DNA of 40,000 bases from Cellvibrionaceae bacterium (GCA_050289485.1 JBNKFV010000029.1:21810-61809), one strand, 5' to 3'; counted from the stretch's first letter, positions 7,676 to 15,738 are shown. The notes: generated from the letters alone by a model not told the origin. Numbers and translations are program-made.

Positions 7676-10564
7676 TTACTGATACGCCAACATCGGTGGG
7701 CATGAGCACACCACGTTGCGGTCGCCAGCAACATTATCAATACGATTTACGCTCGGCCATACTTTGTGCAGTGTTAGCCACGGGGCTGGGGTAACCGCTG
7801 TTTCCCGTGAATAGGGCCGGTTCCACTCACCGAGAATATCAGCCTGCGTATGTGGCGCATTGCGCAACGGGCTGTTTTCCAGTGAGTAGTGGCCGTCTTC
7901 AATATGTTGAATTTCCTGGCGCAGAGTAATCATGGCGGTAATAAAGCGATCGAGCTCGGCTTTAGATTCGCTTTCTGTGGGTTCAATCATCAGCGTACCG
8001 GGCAATGGAAAGCTCATGGTGGGCGCATGAAAACCAAAGTCCATCAACCGTTTGGCAATATCTTCTTCGGTGACGCCGGTGCGTTCTTTAATATCACGTA
8101 AATCCAGCAAACATTCGTGTGCAACAAAACCGTTTTCACCGACGTACAGTACTGGAAAATACGGGCTTAATTGTTTGGCGATGTAATTTGCATTCAAAAT
8201 GGCATATTGAGTAGCCAGTGTTAAACCCTGGCCGCCCATTAAGGTGATGTACATCCAGCTAATCGGCAGAATAGAGGCAGAGCCCCAGGGTGCAGCAGAA
8301 ATTACTTCGCTAAACTCACCCTCAGCCGCCAGCGGATGTGCAGGTAAAAACGGTTTTAAATGTTCGGCCACGCCAATCGGGCCCATGCCAGGGCCGCCAC
8401 CACCGTGGGGAATACAAAAGGTTTTGTGCAAATTTAAATGGGATACATCGCCACCAAATTCACCGGGGGCCGCTACACCCACCATGGCATTCATATTGGC
8501 GCCATCGACATACACCTGCGCGCCCACACTGTGGATTATCTCGCACAGCTCCCGCACACGCGGTTCGTATACGCCATGAGTAGATGGGTAAGTAATCATG
8601 ATGCAGGCAATACGCTCGCCGTGTTCTGCCACCAGCGTTTTTAACTGCTCGATATCTACGTTGCCTTTTTTATCGCAGCCGGTGACCAGAATATCCATAC
8701 CGGCCATTTGCGCTGAAGCGGGGTTGGTGCCGTGCGCTGATGATGGAATAACACAGTAAGTTCGTTGCGTTTCCCCGCGATGTTGAAAATAATTTTTAAT
8801 CGCTAGCAGGCCCGCGTACTCACCCTGCGACCCGGCATTGGGCTGCAAGCTCACGCCAGCATAGCCAGTGCACATTGCCAGCATGTGTTCTAAATCACTG
8901 AACAGTTGCTGGTAGCCTTGCCATTGTTCTGCCGGTGCAAACGGATGCAGTTGGGAAAATTCTGGCCAGGTAACCGGTAGCATTTCTGCGGTGGCGTTAA
9001 GCTTCATGGTGCAAGAGCCCAGTGCAATCATCGATTCATCCAGCGCGATATCTTTGCTGGCCAAACGTTTGATATAGCGCAGCATGTCGGTTTCAGAATG
9101 GTACTGGTGAAACACTGGATGTTGCAGAATATCATCCTGGCGTAGAAGCTCTGGCGCAATGCCGTGTGCGGCCTTGCTGACTGATGCATCAATGGCGGCA
9201 AGATCAATGCTGGTAGTGTTATCGCAGAAAATTGCCAGCAATTGCTGCACATCGTCTACCGTAGTGCGCTCGTGCAGGCTAATACTCAGGTGCTTGTCAT
9301 CACAGCGGCGCAGATTAATTTTTTCTGCCAGTGCTTTATCAAATAAAGCTTGAGTTTTGTCGTTGGTGACCAGCGTTAAGGTATCGAAATAAGTTTGCTC
9401 GGCCAGCGTGTAGCCTGCTGCTTGTAGTGCTTGCGCCAGCATGCCTGTGAGGCGGTGTATGCGGTGGGCAATGCGACGCAGTCCATCTGGCCCGTGATAA
9501 GCCGCATAAAAGCTGCTCATGATGGCCAGCAATGCCTGCGCAGTACAAATATTGGAGTTGGCCTTTTCGCGACGAATATGTTGCTCGCGGGTTTGCATGG
9601 CCATGCGCAGAGCAGGTTTGCCACGGCTGTCTACTGATACGCCAATAATGCGGCCGGGTGCCGCGCGTTTGTATTCATCACGAAAGGCGAAGTAACCCGC
9701 GTGTGGGCCGCCCATACCCATGGGCACGCCAAAGCGCTGGTTGGTACCCACCACGATATCGGCACCCATCGCCCCCGGTGACTTTAACAACACCAGCGCC
9801 ATTAGGTCGGCTGCCACGGTGGTGAGAGCACCCTTGTCTTTAATTATTTCAATAACAGGTGTTAAGTTTTTAATGCTGCCACAGGTGCCGGGATATTGTA
9901 ACAGCGCGCCAAAAATATCGAGATTTTCGAGATCGGTTGCTGGATTTCCCACAATAATGTCGAAGCCAAAGTGCCTGGCGCGGGTTTTTATCACCGCAAT
10001 GGTTTGTGGGTGGGTGTCTTTATCGACGAAATAGGCCTGGCTTTTGTTGCGCTTCTGTACCCGCTTGCTCATGGTCATGGCTTCGGCCGCGGCAGTGCCT
10101 TCATCCAGCATAGACGCGTTAGCCATGCCCATGCCGGTGAGATCCATAATCATTTGTTGAAAGTTCAACAGGCCTTCCAGGCGGCCTTGTGAAATTTCTG
10201 GCTGGTAGGGCGTATAGGCGGTGTACCAGGCTGGGTTTTCCAACACGTTGCGCTGTATCACCGCCGGTACAATGGTGTCGCTGTAGCCCATGCCGATATA
10301 GGTTTTGTAACACTGATTCTGTGCTGCGAGCCCGCGCAGCTTCTCCAAAGCATGTTCTTCTGTCATTGCGCCGGGCAGGTTCATGGCTGTTTTCAGGCGA
10401 ATGTTTTCTGGCACCGCGTTTTCTACTAGTTCGGTTAACGACTTCACGCCCAGTGTGTTGAGCATGGTGGTGGTCTCGGCGGCGTCCGGGCCAATGTGTC
10501 GGCGGAAAAATGCTTCGTTGTTTTCGAGTGCGGTGAGGGAAGCATGAAGAAAGTCGGTTGCCAT
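7676..10564 (-). CDS. gcvP: Glycine dehydrogenase (decarboxylating), glycine cleavage system P protein
   Basis: 962-aa single-chain P protein with the PLP-lysine context SHLNLHKTFCIPHGGGGPGMGPIGV and full-length GcvP architecture. No gcvT or gcvH lies in the window. Confidence 0.95.
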   Translation of the reverse strand: MATDFLHASLTALENNEAFFRRHIGPDAAETTTMLNTLGVKSLTELVENAVPENIRLKTAMNLPGAMTEEHALEKLRGLAAQNQCYKTYIGMGYSDTIVPAVIQRNVLENPAWYTAYTPYQPEISQGRLEGLLNFQQMIMDLTGMGMANASMLDEGTAAAEAMTMSKRVQKRNKSQAYFVDKDTHPQTIAVIKTRARHFGFDIIVGNPATDLENLDIFGALLQYPGTCGSIKNLTPVIEIIKDKGALTTVAADLMALVLLKSPGAMGADIVVGTNQRFGVPMGMGGPHAGYFAFRDEYKRAAPGRIIGVSVDSRGKPALRMAMQTREQHIRREKANSNICTAQALLAIMSSFYAAYHGPDGLRRIAHRIHRLTGMLAQALQAAGYTLAEQTYFDTLTLVTNDKTQALFDKALAEKINLRRCDDKHLSISLHERTTVDDVQQLLAIFCDNTTSIDLAAIDASVSKAAHGIAPELLRQDDILQHPVFHQYHSETDMLRYIKRLASKDIALDESMIALGSCTMKLNATAEMLPVTWPEFSQLHPFAPAEQWQGYQQLFSDLEHMLAMCTGYAGVSLQPNAGSQGEYAGLLAIKNYFQHRGETQRTYCVIPSSAHGTNPASAQMAGMDILVTGCDKKGNVDIEQLKTLVAEHGERIACIMITYPSTHGVYEPRVRELCEIIHSVGAQVYVDGANMNAMVGVAAPGEFGGDVSHLNLHKTFCIPHGGGGPGMGPIGVAEHLKPFLPAHPLAAEGEFSEVISAAPWGSASILPISWMYITLMGGQGLTLATQYAILNANYIAKQLSPYFPVLYVGENGFVAHECLLDLRDIKERTGVTEEDIAKRLMDFGFHAPTMSFPLPGTLMIEPTESESKAELDRFITAMITLRQEIQHIEDGHYSLENSPLRNAPHTQADILGEWNRPYSRETAVTPAPWLTLHKVWPSVNRIDNVAGDRNVVCSCPPMLAYQ

Positions 10565-10787
10565 GAAAATTACCTTGTTGCTGAAAAGGGGACTATACCT
10601 TGACTATTGGATTGAATCCGCGCACGTTAAGCCGCGCGAAAAAGGCGCGAATTATAATGGATTTTGCAGAGCGCGCCGCGGTTTTGCCAAGGCGTACGGG
10701 TAATTTTTCAGGTAGTTGTTGCACCTTACTTTAACGATGGTTAGTATTTTTGCATTGGAGTTGCGCGAGTGCTGCTATTGACAGGTC

Positions 10788-10815
10788 TCTCGCGTGTACT
10801 AAACTGTGCGCTCCG
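10788..10815 (+). promoter_or_regulatory. Candidate sigma70 promoter for the riboswitch B leader
   Basis: TTGACA (10788-10793), 16-nt spacer, TAAACT (10810-10815). This is about 75 nt upstream of the aptamer. Sequence match only. Confidence 0.4.
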
Positions 10816-10890
10816 TCACGATTGAGTGATGGCGTTCTGGCAGGTTTGATTCAACGGCCATCTGATACAAACCAGAGGGTATCTGCCCCG

Positions 10891-10967
10891 CGAACAGGCA
10901 AACTTGTGGTAACACAGGGACGCAAAGCCAGTGCCCAGTCTAATGGGTCGAACGGTTACCGAACGGG
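10891..10967 (+). promoter_or_regulatory. c-di-GMP-I (GEMM-I) riboswitch aptamer, copy B
   Basis: Reads CGAACAGGCAAAC-CUUGUG-GUAA-CACAGG-GACGCAAAGCC-AGUGCCCAGUCUAAUGGGUCGAACGG-UUACCGAACGGG. It has the same conserved blocks as copy A. It is followed by a GCGUCU/AGGCGC hairpin plus U-run (10964-10997) that overlaps the 3' side of the aptamer. Confidence 0.85.
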
Positions 10968-11008
10968 CGTCTGCTTCAATAGGCGCTTACACTTTTTAGT
11001 TGCGAGCG

Positions 11009-11494
11009 ATGACGTTGAAGCGAGATAAGTCTAATCCACGGTTAACCGTTGTCCGTGGGCAAGAGGCGAGCCAGACAACGCAGATTGGTGTTGCCGACCG
11101 GCGCAAAGACGTGCGCTATGTTGTGCAGTTGCCTGCGTGGATCCGCCTTGCGTCGGAATATGATCTGCCAGTGTCTGCCAGCAGTATGCCGGTGACTATC
11201 CCACCCCACGGTAGTGTCGTTAACCTATCCAGCTCTGGACTTTGTTGCATCGTGCCCTTTGAGCAGTTGGGCGATTTAATGCGTATTAAAAACAGAGCCG
11301 ACTGGCGCACCCTGTTACCCGTTGTTATTCGCTTTCAATTACCCGCAAAGCAACTGGTGTCTATTGTGTGTGGTGTTGCCTATGTGCGGCGGGCAAAGGT
11401 CGATCATGCCGAGGTGGGGGTATGTTTTCAGCAGTTTATAACGGGTGAGCAGCAGCTGGCTGAGTATATCGAACACCTTAAGCAACGTTTGTAG
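11009..11494 (+). CDS. PilZ-domain protein (c-di-GMP receptor type)
   Basis: Contains both halves of the PilZ binding signature: RRKDVR (RxxxR) and NLSSSG (D/NxSxxG). ATG at 11009 is preferred over the TTG at 11000, but the start is not well supported by an SD. Confidence 0.8.
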   Translation: MTLKRDKSNPRLTVVRGQEASQTTQIGVADRRKDVRYVVQLPAWIRLASEYDLPVSASSMPVTIPPHGSVVNLSSSGLCCIVPFEQLGDLMRIKNRADWRTLLPVVIRFQLPAKQLVSIVCGVAYVRRAKVDHAEVGVCFQQFITGEQQLAEYIEHLKQRL

Positions 11495-11551
11495 CGGGTC
11501 TTGTCGTTGCCGCCAGTTTTGTCACAGCGCTATCGTGCTATCGTTAGCCCT

Positions 11552-12148
11552 ATGAAAAACTCCTTATCCAATATTTCTCTTGTCGATGTGCTGACCGAAG
11601 CGCGTAACTGCCAGTTATGTCGTGATAGTTTGCCGTACGAACCCAATCCGGTAGTACGTGCTGCGCCGAGTGCGCGCCTGTTAATTGTGGGGCAGGCCCC
11701 TGGTTTGAAAGTACATAACAGTGGTATCCCATGGGATGACGCCTCGGGTGACCGCTTGCGGCACTGGCTGCAGCTAGATAAGGAGGCGTTTTATAACGAG
11801 ACAGATATCGCCATTATCCCTATGGCCTTCTGTTATCCAGGGCGTGGTAAAAGCGGCGATCTGCCGCCGCCCAAAGTGTGTGCGCCCCAGTGGCATTCAC
11901 GCTTGTTAGCGCAGTTACCTGAGCTGCGCCTGACCTTGCTGATTGGCCAGTATGCACAACAGTATTATTTGAATGACCGTTTCAAAACACTCACCGAACG
12001 GGTGCGTCACTGGCGGGAGGCTGGGCCTGCCTTGTTACCACTGGTACACCCATCACCACGCAATCAGTATTGGTTGCAACAAAATCCCTGGTTTGAGTCA
12101 GAGCTGCTACTGGATTTACGGGCTCGTGTTAAGCTGGCGCTTAAGTAA
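11552..12148 (+). CDS. Uracil-DNA glycosylase superfamily protein (GQAPG-motif type)
   Basis: ARLLIVGQAPGLKVHNSGIPWDDASGDRLRHWL resembles UDG-superfamily motif A, and a C-terminal HPSPRN resembles motif B. Four Cys residues (CQLC, FCYPG, VCAP) could bind an Fe-S cluster. The start could also be the TTG at 11501. Confidence 0.7.
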   Translation: MKNSLSNISLVDVLTEARNCQLCRDSLPYEPNPVVRAAPSARLLIVGQAPGLKVHNSGIPWDDASGDRLRHWLQLDKEAFYNETDIAIIPMAFCYPGRGKSGDLPPPKVCAPQWHSRLLAQLPELRLTLLIGQYAQQYYLNDRFKTLTERVRHWREAGPALLPLVHPSPRNQYWLQQNPWFESELLLDLRARVKLALK

Positions 12149-12163
12149 TAACGGACGTAGAGA

Positions 12164-12733
12164 ATGAGTAAAGTAAAAACCGGTGGCTGGGTATGCCACA
12201 GTAGTAAGGTAGTTTACGAAAACCCATGGATTCGTGTAAGTCATGAAGACGTTACCACACCCAAAGGCACGGCCAATATTTATGGTGTAGTACATTTTAA
12301 AAATGCCGCCGTGGGCGTAGTGCCGGTGGACAACGAAGGCTACACTTGGTTAGTGAAGCAAAGCCGTTACACATTGGATGCCTACACCTGGGAAATTCCC
12401 GAAGGCGGTAGCCCCGACGGTGAATCCACTGAAGCGACGGCGTTGCGAGAGTTGCAAGAAGAAGTGGGCTTGCAGGCTGAATCACTAGAACTCCTGCAGC
12501 GGCTGCACCTGTCGAATTCGGTTACTGATGAATACGGTGATATTTTTTTAGCGACAGGTTTGAGCGCCGTGCCTATGGCTCACGAAGACACAGAAGATAT
12601 TGAAGTGTTGCGATTACGGTTAACCGAGGCTATTGCCATGGTGCGTAAAGGTGAAATTACCGACGTGTTATCGGTAGCCGCATTGCTTGAGCTGGCTTTG
12701 CGTATTGCGGAAAACGGTGAGTTCTGGCGCTAA
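12164..12733 (+). CDS. Nudix hydrolase (ADP-ribose/nucleoside-diphosphate pyrophosphatase-like)
   Basis: Nudix box GGSPDGESTEATALRELQEEVGL (GX5EX7REUXEEXGU). It starts 15 nt after the preceding ORF. Confidence 0.85.
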   Translation: MSKVKTGGWVCHSSKVVYENPWIRVSHEDVTTPKGTANIYGVVHFKNAAVGVVPVDNEGYTWLVKQSRYTLDAYTWEIPEGGSPDGESTEATALRELQEEVGLQAESLELLQRLHLSNSVTDEYGDIFLATGLSAVPMAHEDTEDIEVLRLRLTEAIAMVRKGEITDVLSVAALLELALRIAENGEFWR

Positions 12734-13022
12734 TACGAAAGAGGACGACTTACGCCGCCCTCTTATATCGTTGCATTAAGCTAATAACATTCAGTTATTG
12801 CTTAAGATAACAACTTTTTCTTTGTCGGTTTCTTCTTCCGTCATTATTAACCTCCTGATTTGTCCAGCGCTTAAAGAAAACGTCTGTGCATCAGGCCCGT
12901 ATTTTTTATTTATTGATTGCACAGAGTTTTGCCTGCAACGTTTTATCGCTAACGCGTGACAATTTGTTGACAGGCAGAAAGGAGCTTAGGCAACACGTGC
13001 CATGGCTTCAAGTTACAAGCGC

Positions 13023-13709
13023 CTATTCGTCGTCAGAATCATTGAATAAATGAAAAAGCGCATCTTTTTCATTTTGGTTTACGCTGGAGGTATCGTCTTT
13101 GCGGTGGGTTTTGGCATGGCAGACCTGGTTGCGCCCTTTATGTTTTGCTCGGTATAGCTGTTCATCGGCACGCTTGATCAGCGACTGAGCAGTGTCTTGA
13201 AACGGCTGTTGAAACACTGCTACCCCAATACTGGCCGTTACGGTTAAAGTCTTACCACTCTGGGTTATTACTGGTGTTTCCTTCAGCGTTGTGCGAATAC
13301 GCTCGGCAACTGTGAGACTGGTGAGTAAACTGGTGCCCGGCAAAATAATGGCAAACTCTTCACCCCCGTAACGGCAGGCGATATCGAGGCGGCGTATAGA
13401 AGCACGCAAAATATCGGCAGTATGCTGTAATACTTCGTTGCCGATGTCGTGCCCGTAGGTGTCGTTCACCGATTTGAAGTGGTCAAGATCGAGAAGAATA
13501 AGCGCCGTAGACTGGCCAGTACGCTGCGAACGTTCCAGCTCCTGCTCCAGCGCCTCGGTAAAGTAATGGAAGTTATGCAGATTGGTGAGTGCATCTGTAC
13601 CCACTTGCACTTTGAGCGCATCAACCTGGTTACGTAATGCGATTACTTTTGGTGGCCAGGGGCAGCGTTCACCTGCTGGACACTCTGATTCATTGCCGGG
13701 TTGATCCAC
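13023..13709 (-). CDS. GGDEF-domain diguanylate cyclase with intact I-site
   Basis: Active-site RYGGEEF with RRLD (RxxD) exactly 5 residues upstream. GTG start. The short Cys-containing N-terminus (ECPAGERCPWPP) precedes a coiled-coil-like segment. Confidence 0.85.
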   Translation of the reverse strand: MDQPGNESECPAGERCPWPPKVIALRNQVDALKVQVGTDALTNLHNFHYFTEALEQELERSQRTGQSTALILLDLDHFKSVNDTYGHDIGNEVLQHTADILRASIRRLDIACRYGGEEFAIILPGTSLLTSLTVAERIRTTLKETPVITQSGKTLTVTASIGVAVFQQPFQDTAQSLIKRADEQLYRAKHKGRNQVCHAKTHRKDDTSSVNQNEKDALFHLFNDSDDE

Positions 13710-13902
13710 TGAAATACGCCGTTGTTTGTTTGAACAGGCCCTAAATTGGCATGTAAAGTATTATGCTGGCAGGGTTAAGATTAATTAACCGTAGCCGCTA
13801 TAGCAACTATCACGCAACGAAAGTTGGCCTTAGGGCTTGGGTTACAGAGTTATTTATCGACCATTTTCGTTAGATATTTAGTGCAACACGAGGAATCTGC
13901 TT

Positions 13903-14433
13903 GTGCCCTCTGTTCTTCGCCCCTCCATTATCGATGTTGAGGCCTCAGGGTTTGGCGTTCACAGTTATCCCATTGAAATAGGGGTGGTTACTGCGGCTGG
14001 AAAACGCTACTCGGCATTGATAAAGCCCATAAAGCGCTGGACTTACTGGTGCGATCAAGCTGAGGAGGTCCATGGTATTGGCCGTGATCTGTTGATGGCG
14101 CATGGGCGGCCCATTCAACAAGTGGCGCATGAGCTCAATACACTGCTGGGCCGGCAAACGGCGTATTCCGATGGCTGGGTGGTTGATGCACCGTGGATTG
14201 ATCAACTGTTCTATGAAGCGCGGGTTAGGCGAAGTTTCTATGTAAGCCCGCTGGAAGCTGTGCTATCGGAGGAGCAAATGGCAATATGGCATACCACCAA
14301 AGAGGCGTATCTGCACGACAGCGACTTGTCGCGTCACCGGGCCAGTCTCGATGCTTTGGTGATACAGGAAACCTATGTTAGAACACAGAGGGTGTTACAG
14401 AACTGTCACCCAAAACAGGCTGCTAAAGAATAA
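13903..14433 (+). CDS. DEDDh-type 3'-5' exonuclease family protein
   Basis: ExoI IDVEASGF (DxE), ExoII YSDGWVVDAPW, ExoIII HRASLDA (Hx4D). GTG start. Confidence 0.7.
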   Translation: MPSVLRPSIIDVEASGFGVHSYPIEIGVVTAAGKRYSALIKPIKRWTYWCDQAEEVHGIGRDLLMAHGRPIQQVAHELNTLLGRQTAYSDGWVVDAPWIDQLFYEARVRRSFYVSPLEAVLSEEQMAIWHTTKEAYLHDSDLSRHRASLDALVIQETYVRTQRVLQNCHPKQAAKE

Positions 14434-14446
14434 GCACGCAGAGACG

Positions 14447-14483
14447 AAAAAAGGGGGTTGATACAATATCAACCCCCTTTTTT
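14447..14483. terminator. Bidirectional rho-independent terminator
   Basis: AAAAAA-GGGGGTTGATA-caa-TATCAACCCCC-TTTTTT is a perfect 11-bp stem flanked by an A-run and a T-run. It serves the exonuclease gene (+) and the sRNA (-). Confidence 0.9.
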
Positions 14484-14628
14484 GAAAGGTTTTACCTAAG
14501 ACGAAAATAACCTCCGTATCGACGTCTGTCCATAGACGAAATCCCTGTAGTGTCCTAAGTAGCCCTTTAAAGAGGGCGCCTCCCTTGACAATCCTTGCCG
14601 GTAGTGACTCCCTGTCAACATCCTTGTG
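14447..14628 (-). ncRNA. Csr/Rsm-family (CsrB/RsmY/RsmZ-like) CsrA-sequestering sRNA
   Basis: The minus strand carries eight GGA motifs in about 150 nt: ACAAGGAUGU, ACAGGGAGU, GCAAGGAUU, UCAAGGGAG, UUAGGAC, ACAGGGAU, UAUGGAC, UACGGAG. Several sit in short hairpin loops, for example CGUCU-AUGGAC-AGACG. The RNA ends in the strong terminator. There is no credible ORF. The 5' end is estimated from an AATAAT/TAATAC -10 at 14633-14640. Confidence 0.75.
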
Positions 14629-14684
14629 GTACGTATTATTGGTTCTATTGCGGGGTAATCCTAGTGGGGCTTTTCCACGTGTTC

Positions 14685-14702
14685 TGTGAGATATGGCTTA
14701 CG
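14685..14702 (-). promoter_or_regulatory. GacA/UvrY-box-like upstream activating sequence
   Basis: The minus strand reads CGTAAGCCATATCTCACA. The consensus is TGTAAGN6CTTACA, giving 2 mismatches. It lies about 60-75 nt upstream of the predicted sRNA start. Confidence 0.55.
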
Positions 14703-14721
14703 CGGTTGAGATTGCACGTAT

Positions 14722-15660
14722 TCACTGAGTTCGTTTTGTTTGTTTCTGAATGTCAAGATCACTCATCAAGCGATTGCGGCCGCTCTCTTTGGCCAAATAC
14801 AGAAACCTATCCGCACGCTGAAGGGTTTCTTCTATATTGTTGTCTTCGGGCAGGGCGGCGGTTAGCCCAAGGCTTAGGGTAAGGTGTATGGGTTTGCCAT
14901 CGTGGCCCATAAAGGGGGTGTTGGCCACGGTATGGCGCAATCGTTCGGCGAATACCATGCCGCCTTCTACTGCTGTATCACTGCAGCACAACACAAACTC
15001 TTCGCCGCCAAAACGCGCAAAAATATCAGATTCACGTTTGTATTCCTGGCAGAGGTTACTGATTTCAGTCAGCACTTTGTCGCCAGACGCATGGCCATAT
15101 TGGTCATTAATACGTTTAAAGTGGTCAATATCAATCATCAGCAGGCACATTGGCCTGTCGTAGCGTTTGCTGCGCGCAAATTCGGCGTTGGCCAACTCAA
15201 AAAAATGCCTTCGGTTAAAGGCACCGGTAAGAGGGTCCTGTGCGGCCAGTGTTTTGAGCTGCTGATTAGTATCTTCCAGTTTTAGCTGCGATTCACGTAG
15301 CCGCAGGGCAGAGCGCACACGGGCTGCCAATATGGGATAAACAAAGGGTTTGGATACGTAGTCGTGTGCACCAAGATCCAGCGCCTCAACAATATCTTTC
15401 GTATCCTCGTTGGCAGAAACCATGATCACGGGAATGTCAGTATAAGCGGGGTTAGCGCGAATTTGCTTGAGGGTTTGTATGCCGTTCATTATCGGCATAA
15501 ACAGGTCTAACAGCACCAGGTCGGGTTGATGCTGCTCAATGGCCTTAAGGCATTGCTCACCGTTTTGTGCTGTATATACTTCGTAGCCTTCATCTTCCAG
15601 CTCAAAACTCAGTAGCTGCAGGTTATCTGCGATGTCGTCGACAATGAGTATTTTGGCCAT
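14722..15660 (-). CDS. Response regulator with GGDEF output (PleD/WspR-like diguanylate cyclase)
   Basis: N-terminal receiver (KILIVDD..DLVLLDLFMPIMNG..DYVSKP). C-terminal RFGGEEF with RESD (RxxD I-site) 5 residues upstream. Confidence 0.9.
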   Translation of the reverse strand: MAKILIVDDIADNLQLLSFELEDEGYEVYTAQNGEQCLKAIEQHQPDLVLLDLFMPIMNGIQTLKQIRANPAYTDIPVIMVSANEDTKDIVEALDLGAHDYVSKPFVYPILAARVRSALRLRESQLKLEDTNQQLKTLAAQDPLTGAFNRRHFFELANAEFARSKRYDRPMCLLMIDIDHFKRINDQYGHASGDKVLTEISNLCQEYKRESDIFARFGGEEFVLCCSDTAVEGGMVFAERLRHTVANTPFMGHDGKPIHLTLSLGLTAALPEDNNIEETLQRADRFLYLAKESGRNRLMSDLDIQKQTKRTQ

Positions 15661-15738
15661 ACGGTAGTCACGTTGCCCCGTGGTCAGTTAATAAAATGAG
15701 AGCCCTACCGTCACGCCTTGTTGGGATGATGGCGCCAT

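Noticed and set aside
8244-10461. Numerous 60-110-aa ORFs on the plus strand inside gcvP.
   Set aside because: All are antisense or alternative-frame shadows of a 962-aa highly conserved gene, and none has start-site support.
10565-10760. Looked for a glycine riboswitch or gcv leader upstream of gcvP on the minus strand.
   Set aside because: The reverse complement shows none of the glycine-aptamer core (GGAGAG...CACCGAAGGGGCAA). Only an ATTATAAT palindrome and GC-rich short repeats are present, and no supported RNA element.
13747-13767. TGGCATGTAAAGTATTATGCT looked like a possible sigma54 (-24/-12) promoter in the divergent GGDEF/exonuclease region.
   Set aside because: The GG and GC elements are about 17 nt apart instead of the required roughly 10-nt spacing, and no enhancer-binding protein lies nearby.
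14595-14882. 95-aa plus-strand ORF covering the sRNA promoter region and the 3' end of the REC-GGDEF gene.
   Set aside because: It starts with TTG, has no SD, overlaps the antisense of a supported CDS, and the region is better explained by the GGA-repeat sRNA on the other strand.
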